From the NCBI GenBank assembly GCA_963666285.1, contig OY762711.1: 64,000 nt of DNA; one strand, given 5' to 3'. The first letter of the stretch is position 1, and each line of letters begins with the position of its first letter. The notes beneath the pieces were generated by a model. It made no database searches. It saw only the letters and a list, made by a program, of their open reading frames with translations, and was not told the DNA's origin. The DNA is from Sedimentisphaerales bacterium (GTDB lineage Bacteria; Planctomycetota; Phycisphaerae; Sedimentisphaerales; SM23-30). The translations under genes and the position numbers were made by a program. This document shows, piece by piece, positions 22,890 to 31,758 of the stretch.

Positions 22890-23244
22890 GAGCGACCAGC
22901 AAGCAGCTAGAAATTTTAATCCCGATGGGCATCTGGATTTCGCTATGCTCATTGGGATGGCTAAGCAGTCTGCTCAGCAGCGAGCAGCCAAGCTGCCAGT
23001 AAACAGTTATTGTTCTAGCTAACAAACAGCTAGTGTTTGCAGGTCGGTGATGGTGTATGTGTTGAGCCAGTTTGACGATAGTTCGCTGAAGTAATATCTT
23101 TTTGACGATATAATTCCTGCAATATCTCTCAAATCTGAATACGGTTATTTTTAAACCTTTCCATCCTACTATATTTTGGTACCATTACTACATGATACTT
23201 ACAGTCTCATTTAACATGGGATTGGCTTCGCCAGTCTTTCATTT

Positions 23245-23284
23245 AAAAAGTCGATGGTATAAATAAATATTGTACCATCGACTT
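23245..23284 (-). terminator. Intrinsic terminator closing the glycan-utilisation locus
   Basis: AAGTCGATGGTA...TACCATCGACTT hairpin, U-tract on minus strand. Confidence 0.75.
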
Positions 23285-23416
23285 GATTTTTATAATCACA
23301 GGTTTTAACTTATTAAATCAATTTGAAATACGCTACACAAAGGTTGGCACAGTTTGCAATAAAAACATCAGAATAAACATTCTAGTCTTTCTGCCGCCTT
23401 AACATGCGAAAATATA

Positions 23417-24295
23417 CTACCTTGGACGATAGCCTCTGGCAAGAAAATCAACATCTACATTGCCTCCACTGGCAGCTGAACTTGTAATAGTGTCTGCTTG
23501 TCCAATGTAAGAAAGAGCAAACTGTACAGTGCGTTTATCTTGCCAGTCTCTCATTTCTGCGTGGCCATCGGCATAACTAAAAGCATTTTTCTTAGGATGC
23601 CAATATGCAATAGGATCAGAGAATTCATCTGAGTTTGTGTTAAAAATCCACGACCCCATATTCCATCCCCTATTATCAAAATCATCCATAAATACAAACT
23701 TATCTACAGGTGCTTTAATCTGAGTATCTCTTGTCACATAAATATTCATATCACTCTTATCTTCACCATTCATAGGACCAACTATACTATATGAACGGAA
23801 AGCAGGTTCTTTTACAAGTGACTCATATTTAGTACGATTATCTGAAGGACACTTATACACATCAAGTATATCTAAATATTTATATAGTGTACCACGCATG
23901 ATACCACGCTGCTCATCTTCCAATAGTACCGGAGTGTTGCCACCAGTATAGTTACCACTGCTGTTTATAGGTGGCTCCACCCAAGACCAACTATCATCAA
24001 ATAAGTCTCCACCACGAAGGGTGTGTCCGTCCGGAATCACACCATCATGGTCAGCTGCATACATAGTCCAGGCCTTAACTAAACTACTGTGGTTTGTCAA
24101 ACAAGTAACCATCTTTGCCTGCTCTTTGGCTTTGTTAAGCGCCGGCATAAGAATCGACACCAGCAAAGCTATAATAGAGATTACAACCAGTAACTCGATT
24201 AAAGTAAAACCCTTTACCTTCGATGGTTTAAACTTATTGCTACAACGTATGTTTGTAAAACATACTACATTAGAATCACTTTTTTCATTCTGCAT
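23417..24295 (-). CDS. Prepilin-type N-terminal cleavage/methylation domain protein with H-X9-DG motif (DUF1559-like)
   Basis: KGFTLIELLVVISIIALLVSILMPAL; HPKKNAFSYADGH; start placed at ATG 24295 behind AAAGG (ORF track starts at 24352). Confidence 0.9.
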   Translation of the reverse strand: MQNEKSDSNVVCFTNIRCSNKFKPSKVKGFTLIELLVVISIIALLVSILMPALNKAKEQAKMVTCLTNHSSLVKAWTMYAADHDGVIPDGHTLRGGDLFDDSWSWVEPPINSSGNYTGGNTPVLLEDEQRGIMRGTLYKYLDILDVYKCPSDNRTKYESLVKEPAFRSYSIVGPMNGEDKSDMNIYVTRDTQIKAPVDKFVFMDDFDNRGWNMGSWIFNTNSDEFSDPIAYWHPKKNAFSYADGHAEMRDWQDKRTVQFALSYIGQADTITSSAASGGNVDVDFLARGYRPR

Positions 24296-24362
24296 AATAA
24301 AACCTTTCTTTTCAATACGTGTTTTCTTAAAATGCTGCAATACATATAACAATTAAGTATAT

Positions 24363-27101
24363 TTACTTTATTTCCACCTCCTGAGAAATTATATTCCATC
24401 CATCTATCATTACCACAGAAGAAGATAATTTATCAAAAGATTCTATCTCAACAACTTTTTCTTCACCTGGTAATAAACTAAAATAATTATCAGAATAAAA
24501 TACAGGCCTGACGGGTCTGCCTGTATTGGCATCAGCCAACACAATTCTAACCATAAATGCCAGGGCATTTGTTTGGTTTTTTATGGTAACGCAATATTTG
24601 CCATCATCATAATCATAAACTGCCGCAGCTGTCAATTCAATTTGTGACAACTTCTCTAAATCACTAAAGCCTGCATATAACGGACCGGTATAAGTTCCTT
24701 TTCCTTTATATTCGCTATTAGAACGCCAATAGAAAGTGTCTGAGACCGGCTTATCATCCGAGTCAATCACATCAAGCCGAATAAAATGGACATCTGTAAG
24801 CCCTGTCGGCAAATCAACTTCCATAACATCGTTAGCAATATCATCGGAATCAACAGAAACCTGAACACTATCCTGGTATTTCAATTTCATATCAAGATCA
24901 AACACTCGAATAGCTACAGTACCAGCAAACTTGTTATAATACTCGTTATTAACAGAAACGCTGTTCTTTATGAAATCATATTGGGCATGAATCGGCTCAT
25001 GAGCATCCTGAGAAAAATACAAAGCAGCAGTAGGTTCCAATGACCAATCCCACATCCGACCACATACCTGTCTGGTTGGACTGTTGTGATACCAGAACCA
25101 AACACCCGTAGTAAACCTATCGCCATTATTACCCCTATTGTATGTCCAGCACTCCCAGATACTTCGATATCCAACCGCACCAACCATCTGCCCCTTCCAC
25201 ACCATCTCTTCAGCTGTTTCAATAGAGCCGTACTGCTGCATGGCAGGGACATATTTTGATACAATATCATGGAATCCACCACCATCATGGTAGTCCCAGA
25301 CTTTTTTATTTATCGGCCAGATATCCTTCTTTTCCATCATTTCTTCAAGACATTCTAACGTCGGAAGACATGAAGTTCCATATTCGGGACAAAGCCCGTT
25401 GATTCTGCTGCCTCGTTCTGAAGCCGTATCGTCATAATAAAACATCGGATTGACATATTTATACGGGCTGCCATCATGAATACCTTTAATTTCAGACGCT
25501 TCCTGGTATCCGCGAGTACCGTCTAAGCTTTCAATCAAATCATTTATTTGTACAATATTGTTGGTGTTTCTCTCATTAGCCGATATATAATAGGCTAAAG
25601 AAGGATGATTCCTGATAGTCTTAATGGTATCAGCAACATTTTCTCGATAAAGATCATGGTCTAAAGGCAATTCGGTATCCCCGGTAAGCCAGAATTCCAT
25701 AGAAACCATAATCCCAATTTCATCACACAAATCAAAGAAATAGTCAGATTCAGCAATGCCACCGGCCCAAAACCTGATAAAATTAATACCTGCCTGTTGT
25801 GTATATCTCATTTCTGCATACATACGTTTATCTGTTTTCCGAAGCATTGCTTCCGGAATCCAGTTGGTGCCATGCAGAAAAACAGGTCTGCCATTAACAT
25901 AAAACTGCCTACTTTGGTCAGGAGTTTTGCGATCACTTGAAATATTGCGTACTGCAAAACGAGTTTTGCATGTATCTTTTTTAACACCATCACTTACGAA
26001 CGACAATTTCATTTCGTATAAATTCTGAGGGCCTTTGTTAATAGGCCACCAAAGCTTTGGACTCTTATAGATTAAAGATTTAAATTCTTCTGGTGACAAT
26101 TTAACCAATTTTTCTTCATGAGGCTTTAATGTTACACTTTTATTAATTTTAACATTCATGCCATCAATTTCAGCGTTGATCTTTCCAGAAGTTTCTTTAT
26201 TAGAATGATTTATAATCTCTACAGATATTTCCTGGGTACTGGTATCCATATCCGGCATTGATAAAATGCTTTTTACAAAGGGATCTCTCAGTTCGACCTG
26301 ATCTACAGGATATATAACTACATCTTTCCATATTCCGGTATTTCTATCACGAATACCATCGGAAAAAGTAAAATCCCAGCCAACTGACATAAGCATTGAT
26401 ACATTATTGCCAATTTTACCGTCCCCACCATTTTTATTTTCTCCGACCGCCCTTGCTTTCTTGTATTTATTCTTGAAACCTCCCGGCACGTCAACTGGGC
26501 GTACCAGAACAGCTAAGACATTTTTTCCATCACGTTCGACAAAATCGGTAATATCGAAAAAGCCTCTCTGAAACATGCCTGCCATGGAACCGATCTCATT
26601 TCCATTCAGCCAGATTTCAGCACGATAATTAATACCATCCAGTTTTAATATTACATTTTTGTTTAAAAAGGAATTACTCAACTCAAACTCAGTTCTAAAC
26701 CAATAAGTATAAAAATCAGAACCAACGTCGGTAATATCTGGTATAATTGATTCCTCTTTAGCATTATTGAGGCCAAAATATGGTTCCGGATAGACTTCAT
26801 TATGCACAAGACTGTTCAAAACAGTTCCTGGCACAATAGCATCATATGCAAATGGTGAACTAAATTTCAAACTTGACACCGTTACCCCATCTTTAGCTTC
26901 AGAAGAACGCCTAATAATCTGCCATGGATATTGGCCGTTATGAAAATCAGTTGAACGTAATACAAGGGCATCTTTTTGGGCAAGAAATGGGCCCCGAGAT
27001 AAACCCTTAACGCTATCTCCATGTAGTTTGGCTACAAAAACCAAAGAAACTAAAATTAACAATACCTTAATCTTCATAGAGCTTTCAGATAAATGCTGCA
27101 T
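24363..27101 (-). CDS. Secreted glycoside hydrolase family 2 (exo-beta-glucosaminidase / beta-mannosidase-like)
   Basis: LDGINYRAEIWLNG, GWDF...RDRNTGIW, RNHPSL..ISANE, PEYG, SDNYFSLLPGE; signal peptide. Confidence 0.88.
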   Translation of the reverse strand: MQHLSESSMKIKVLLILVSLVFVAKLHGDSVKGLSRGPFLAQKDALVLRSTDFHNGQYPWQIIRRSSEAKDGVTVSSLKFSSPFAYDAIVPGTVLNSLVHNEVYPEPYFGLNNAKEESIIPDITDVGSDFYTYWFRTEFELSNSFLNKNVILKLDGINYRAEIWLNGNEIGSMAGMFQRGFFDITDFVERDGKNVLAVLVRPVDVPGGFKNKYKKARAVGENKNGGDGKIGNNVSMLMSVGWDFTFSDGIRDRNTGIWKDVVIYPVDQVELRDPFVKSILSMPDMDTSTQEISVEIINHSNKETSGKINAEIDGMNVKINKSVTLKPHEEKLVKLSPEEFKSLIYKSPKLWWPINKGPQNLYEMKLSFVSDGVKKDTCKTRFAVRNISSDRKTPDQSRQFYVNGRPVFLHGTNWIPEAMLRKTDKRMYAEMRYTQQAGINFIRFWAGGIAESDYFFDLCDEIGIMVSMEFWLTGDTELPLDHDLYRENVADTIKTIRNHPSLAYYISANERNTNNIVQINDLIESLDGTRGYQEASEIKGIHDGSPYKYVNPMFYYDDTASERGSRINGLCPEYGTSCLPTLECLEEMMEKKDIWPINKKVWDYHDGGGFHDIVSKYVPAMQQYGSIETAEEMVWKGQMVGAVGYRSIWECWTYNRGNNGDRFTTGVWFWYHNSPTRQVCGRMWDWSLEPTAALYFSQDAHEPIHAQYDFIKNSVSVNNEYYNKFAGTVAIRVFDLDMKLKYQDSVQVSVDSDDIANDVMEVDLPTGLTDVHFIRLDVIDSDDKPVSDTFYWRSNSEYKGKGTYTGPLYAGFSDLEKLSQIELTAAAVYDYDDGKYCVTIKNQTNALAFMVRIVLADANTGRPVRPVFYSDNYFSLLPGEEKVVEIESFDKLSSSVVMIDGWNIISQEVEIK

Positions 27102-27387
27102 ACTTAGAATATCCTTTAATATACACTATTACTTTACTAATATCAATAGTTTAATTGTTATCATTCACTATCAGGTTGTATCCCAACCTGCTGTGTTCAC
27201 AGATAAAAAATAACAATTCCGTAAACTTGCCGATTGAAGCAAGCAGATCACAAACAAATACAATACAGACATTTACCCCTGCGCAATACTAATCCGGTAA
27301 AACAAATTCCAAAAGAATAAGTATTATTCAGCCAATATTATATTAAATCGTATTTTTTCCCCGACTATCCAGCAACAACACACCATA

Positions 27388-30300
27388 TTATTTTTCACAT
27401 TCAGATAAAGGATATAGTCCGCAACTCAGCCAATTATCCAGCAATACCGATAGATCTGAGATATCTACTATACAATCAGCTATATTATTAGGCCCGGAAA
27501 AGTCAAATTGCCTCCCCTGCCAGTCAGTGTTACACGTACTCACCTTATGTAATGCTGCCCCATTGTATGCCTCGATAACTCCCGCTTGATCTAAGACATA
27601 ATTATATATTCTCACATCATCCAATTGCCCCTGGAACGTCCTTCCCCCTACATCGACACCAAGCTTTAGTATACTATCAGATCCGGTACCCATATTTACC
27701 ATCCCACTATTTACCAATTCCATATCTACATATAATTGTGCTATATGGGTTTCAAGATCATATGTTACTATAAGATGGTGCCATTCATTCATTCTAAAAC
27801 CGGCCTGATCAATTGGTGTTTGAAATTCAGTTGAACCGACTGCTACAAAATTTATCCTGTTTGTTGATGGATTAAGCCCCCATACCCACATCATTTGAGA
27901 AGCATCCCAGCTATCAGATTTATCCATGATAATACTTGTCTGATTTCCACCGGTCCAGAAAACCCAACATGAAATACTGAATTTGCCAGTACTTTCAAGC
28001 GGATTCCATCTTCCAACGATACCTGTTCCGTTAACAGACGTTAAGGATATTGCCCCATTTTCATCATTGTCGGCACCGTTCAAAAAAGATGGTGCACCTG
28101 TTGCCGCAACATTTCTATCATATCCAGATTCATCCAAATAGTATCCATTTGAATAATCTTCAGCATCAAGAGACCAGTGAGCCAAAAGTTCTTTAATAAA
28201 CAAACTGGCAGTCTGCGAAACAATTGAACCTACAGAATTATCAATAATACAATAATAATCACCTTGATAGTCACTATCAGATGAATTGAATATTAACCTT
28301 GAAACATAATATCCTTTTTGGTTATCATAAGCCGGTCCATCTTCTATTATTTCACCCATAAAATCAGTTACTGGTATATCATTTCCTTCTGCAACACTCT
28401 TATACCATTTCGCTGTTGGCAATGTGCTGCTTTTGAATCGACATTCCACAATATGATCATCAAATTCTGAATTGTTTATATACAAATCCTGCGGTTCTGA
28501 AACAATAACCGGCATTAAAGGAGATCTACCTAATTTGACTATTTCCAAAGTGTTAAGAAAAGCTCTATAATCTGCTGCTGCTAAACCCTCAACAACGACA
28601 ACCAGATCTTTGTCATCAGATAAGCTGATTTGCGATATTGCAAAATTTTTATCAAACAGCCAGGACTCATATTCCTTAGTGTTTTCCAATAAAACGGAAG
28701 CTTTATCACTAAAGTCTGAATCAATAGAATCCAACTCAACATCAAAAGAATAAATATTATATGTATCATGAACTGTTGTGTTTGTGTTATTTGCAGTTAA
28801 ATATAGTCCGTAAATTCCTGCATCTAATCCTGAAATTCTTATGCCTAACGAAACATGGCTATCTTTGCCATCATTTACAAAGATCGCACTTCTGGCATTT
28901 CCAGAATAGATACCAGTATTATAGTCAATTCCAAGGCTGCTGTTATTGAAACCATGTAAATCCCAGTCAATAATCTTTTGGCCGGGTAAAGATTTACCCA
29001 GATTAACACTCAAATTTGTGCTGTTTCCATTTGAATCGAATATTCCTGAACTTTTATCTGCAGTAACCAAATTCCAGCTTATTCCGGATACTTTGCCAAT
29101 TTCATGTGCCGGGCTATTAGCATTATCAGCAATTTGTGATCCAAAATTTAACAGTACAGAAGGAAAGTCAGACGAAAATGTTTCTTTCAAACGCTGACCA
29201 TCTTGTAATAACTTAATGCGAAGTAAATCATAAGGTACATCCTGAATATCATATTCATAATCAATTGCCAGTGAAGCTGCTGTAGCAGCAGACTGCCCTA
29301 AAATCATATAAGTTGGCTCCATCCTGATACTACCAAAAGCAGCATGGCTCGCTGACAGGCAAACAGGTACAAGTAAATTTGCAGACTGCTGTCTTTGAGG
29401 AAGTATCGATCTGTAACTTATCGGATAACCTGTACTCCACCAGAGATAAAAACCACCTTCATCCCAAATTGCACCATCTATAACAACACGACGCACAACA
29501 TGAGAATCCAATGAATATGAACCCTGGCCAATTGAATCATAAATGGTATAACCTGAAGCCATTTTAACATGATGCTCAGTCATAACCATTTCACCTTCTA
29601 ATCTCCTAGCTTCCCGGACATAAGGGAAATAAGGCCAATGATCGTTATCGATAAACTCATCTTTGGGCAACCCCCATTTAATCCGGCTATTTCTTGAAGC
29701 TGCCGGCACACGCGGATGATACAGCATTGTCCATAACAACCCCTGCTGATAATCCCTTTGACGCTTAACATAATTTATGCGTTCTATATAATCGGCCTCC
29801 GAATAATTCCAGTTTTTTTCGATAGAATAGTTTCCACCCGGCCAATCCAGCGACATCAAACCACTATTATTGTTATCTGTTTTTAAGTTTGGCATACGCT
29901 GGTCGGTAAAGCCGGGATTCTGCCCAGCTTCATAAAGACGAAACAAAAGTTCATAATCTTTTTCATCGTAGCTTAAAGGCTTTGAAACAGGAACTCGGTT
30001 TGAGCTGACATCTGTCATACACATCCTGAAATTGAATGCCTGGAGCCTGTTATCTGCTTTACCTATCTGACTGACTTCAGTAAATTCATTTTCTATCTGC
30101 GGAATAAGTCCGCTCGTTGGGTCTCCCGGCACCCAATATGGGTCAATTCCACTATATGGTGATTTACCCGGACTCAAATCGGTTGATTTAAAATATATCC
30201 CATTTAAGGTTTCATTATACTCACTATTTGAATCTCTGCCTATACGATAGGACACACCGGAAGAAGCCATAAGATCACCTTCATATGAAGCATCTATAAA

Positions 30301-30882
30301 CATCTTCCCTCTATACGTTTCTGCCGGCGAAAAGCCAAAATCCTTGTCATAAGCCAGTGTTTTTATAGCAGTAATCATATTACCATGCTTCCGGACGCCA
30401 TCAGGACCTCTATCAAGCCATCGGTTACGCACAACAGTAACATTTTCTTCACTTAGCCATTGATTAAATACTTCTTCAGCAACATGCGGCTCAAAAGTCC
30501 ACATTGTCTCGGTTCCATCCTGAATACCCGCACCCGCCTGCCAGCTGACATTATAAGAACTGCGGGTTTGGTAAATCCACGCTTCAGGATCATTATAATA
30601 TAACCAGATGCGATGGTAAAACTCCCTGGACAAACCTCCGATACAGTTTGTATCTTTTGTATCAGTCCAACCAAGCCCGCTAATGGTTAAGCCGCCCAGA
30701 TGTTCTTCCGGACATACCAAAGCGACATTTTTACCCATTCGTTTTGCCTGAATAGCCGCGGTTATACCTGAACAGGTACCACCATAAACTACAATATCAA
30801 ATGAGTTATCCGCATATGAAGAGCCACATGCTGTCATAAGGACAACTAATAATAACGAAATAGATTTGACTAATTTAACCAA
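27388..30882 (-). CDS. Secreted FAD-dependent oxidoreductase (FAD_oxidored-like) fused to Ig-like, LamG and Cys-rich dockerin-like domains
   Basis: DIVVYGGTCSGITAA dinucleotide motif, FIDASYEGDL, YVREARRL, SIRMEP; LamG end LDDVRIYNYVL; TTG start behind GGAG. Confidence 0.85.
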   Translation of the reverse strand: MVKLVKSISLLLVVLMTACGSSYADNSFDIVVYGGTCSGITAAIQAKRMGKNVALVCPEEHLGGLTISGLGWTDTKDTNCIGGLSREFYHRIWLYYNDPEAWIYQTRSSYNVSWQAGAGIQDGTETMWTFEPHVAEEVFNQWLSEENVTVVRNRWLDRGPDGVRKHGNMITAIKTLAYDKDFGFSPAETYRGKMFIDASYEGDLMASSGVSYRIGRDSNSEYNETLNGIYFKSTDLSPGKSPYSGIDPYWVPGDPTSGLIPQIENEFTEVSQIGKADNRLQAFNFRMCMTDVSSNRVPVSKPLSYDEKDYELLFRLYEAGQNPGFTDQRMPNLKTDNNNSGLMSLDWPGGNYSIEKNWNYSEADYIERINYVKRQRDYQQGLLWTMLYHPRVPAASRNSRIKWGLPKDEFIDNDHWPYFPYVREARRLEGEMVMTEHHVKMASGYTIYDSIGQGSYSLDSHVVRRVVIDGAIWDEGGFYLWWSTGYPISYRSILPQRQQSANLLVPVCLSASHAAFGSIRMEPTYMILGQSAATAASLAIDYEYDIQDVPYDLLRIKLLQDGQRLKETFSSDFPSVLLNFGSQIADNANSPAHEIGKVSGISWNLVTADKSSGIFDSNGNSTNLSVNLGKSLPGQKIIDWDLHGFNNSSLGIDYNTGIYSGNARSAIFVNDGKDSHVSLGIRISGLDAGIYGLYLTANNTNTTVHDTYNIYSFDVELDSIDSDFSDKASVLLENTKEYESWLFDKNFAISQISLSDDKDLVVVVEGLAAADYRAFLNTLEIVKLGRSPLMPVIVSEPQDLYINNSEFDDHIVECRFKSSTLPTAKWYKSVAEGNDIPVTDFMGEIIEDGPAYDNQKGYYVSRLIFNSSDSDYQGDYYCIIDNSVGSIVSQTASLFIKELLAHWSLDAEDYSNGYYLDESGYDRNVAATGAPSFLNGADNDENGAISLTSVNGTGIVGRWNPLESTGKFSISCWVFWTGGNQTSIIMDKSDSWDASQMMWVWGLNPSTNRINFVAVGSTEFQTPIDQAGFRMNEWHHLIVTYDLETHIAQLYVDMELVNSGMVNMGTGSDSILKLGVDVGGRTFQGQLDDVRIYNYVLDQAGVIEAYNGAALHKVSTCNTDWQGRQFDFSGPNNIADCIVDISDLSVLLDNWLSCGLYPLSECEK

Positions 30883-30912
30883 AACTTTTTCTCCATACTT
30901 TCTACTTAAATC

Positions 30913-30943
30913 AAAGAGCGGGCATAACCTGAGATATGCCCGC
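30913..30943 (-). terminator. Intergenic hairpin (terminator or mRNA stabiliser) after the PEP-CTERM gene
   Basis: GCGGGCATA-acctgaga-TATGCCCGC, short U-tract on minus strand. Confidence 0.65.
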
Positions 30944-30991
30944 CTTGTTCTATATTAATGAGAACAGTCATTAATAACAAAATGAAATGAA

Positions 30992-31654
30992 TTATTTACG
31001 ATATCTACGCAGCATTCCAATCAAACCTCCAAAGCCAAGAATAGCCATTGATGCAGGCTCTGGAACTAAAGTTATATTATCCAGGTAAACACCGGTACCA
31101 TCTGCACCATTACCGTCTGGAGTACCGTCAACAGAGCGGATCTTTACCTGTACCTGAGCTGTTTCACCTGGTGTTACAAAACTAAAAACAGGCGATTTCA
31201 GCCAATCTGTAGTAGATAGAATTGCGGAATCTGTTTCTTCATCAGCATCAAACAGAACCATACTAATCTCATCACCTATCTGGTTTCCGTTGGCATCTTT
31301 GAACTTGATATAAACATCAATTTGATCGCCGGTTTCATCCATTTGCCAGTTTTCGTTCGTATCACCTCGACCATACAGCCAGAAGCTCAAAGCTTCCCCA
31401 CCAGTAAAACCAGTAATTGTCTGATGAAGCATACCATAGCCATTACGAGCAGCAATCTTATATGAGTACCCCCCGTCATATACAATATCATTCTTAGCGG
31501 CATAATAAACTGTTGCACCAGTGCCTTTATACTGCGACCATATATCCGGTGCTAACGGATCACCTGACATAGATTCAAAACCAGGATTCAATATATAATT
31601 CGCATTAGCAGCAGAAACCGCAAAAACCAGTAATAATAAAAACAACTTTTTCAT
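30992..31654 (-). CDS. PEP-CTERM sorting-domain protein with CBM-like domain
   Basis: Signal peptide; NPGFE...YLDNITL CBM4/9-like ends; VPEPASMAILGFGGLIGMLRRYRK. Confidence 0.92.
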   Translation of the reverse strand: MKKLFLLLLVFAVSAANANYILNPGFESMSGDPLAPDIWSQYKGTGATVYYAAKNDIVYDGGYSYKIAARNGYGMLHQTITGFTGGEALSFWLYGRGDTNENWQMDETGDQIDVYIKFKDANGNQIGDEISMVLFDADEETDSAILSTTDWLKSPVFSFVTPGETAQVQVKIRSVDGTPDGNGADGTGVYLDNITLVPEPASMAILGFGGLIGMLRRYRK

Positions 31655-31702
31655 CTTTTAACCTCCAAAAGTAAAATAACAAAAGCTAAAACTTTCACCA
31701 AT

Positions 31703-31745
31703 AAAAACAAACTGGCAGAATCACCTGTTAAAGAGATTCTGCCAG
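31703..31745 (-). terminator. Intergenic hairpin between LamG and PEP-CTERM genes
   Basis: CTGGCAGAATC...GATTCTGCCAG followed by TTTGTTTTT on minus strand. Confidence 0.65.
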
Positions 31746-31758
31746 AAATACTTCTTTT

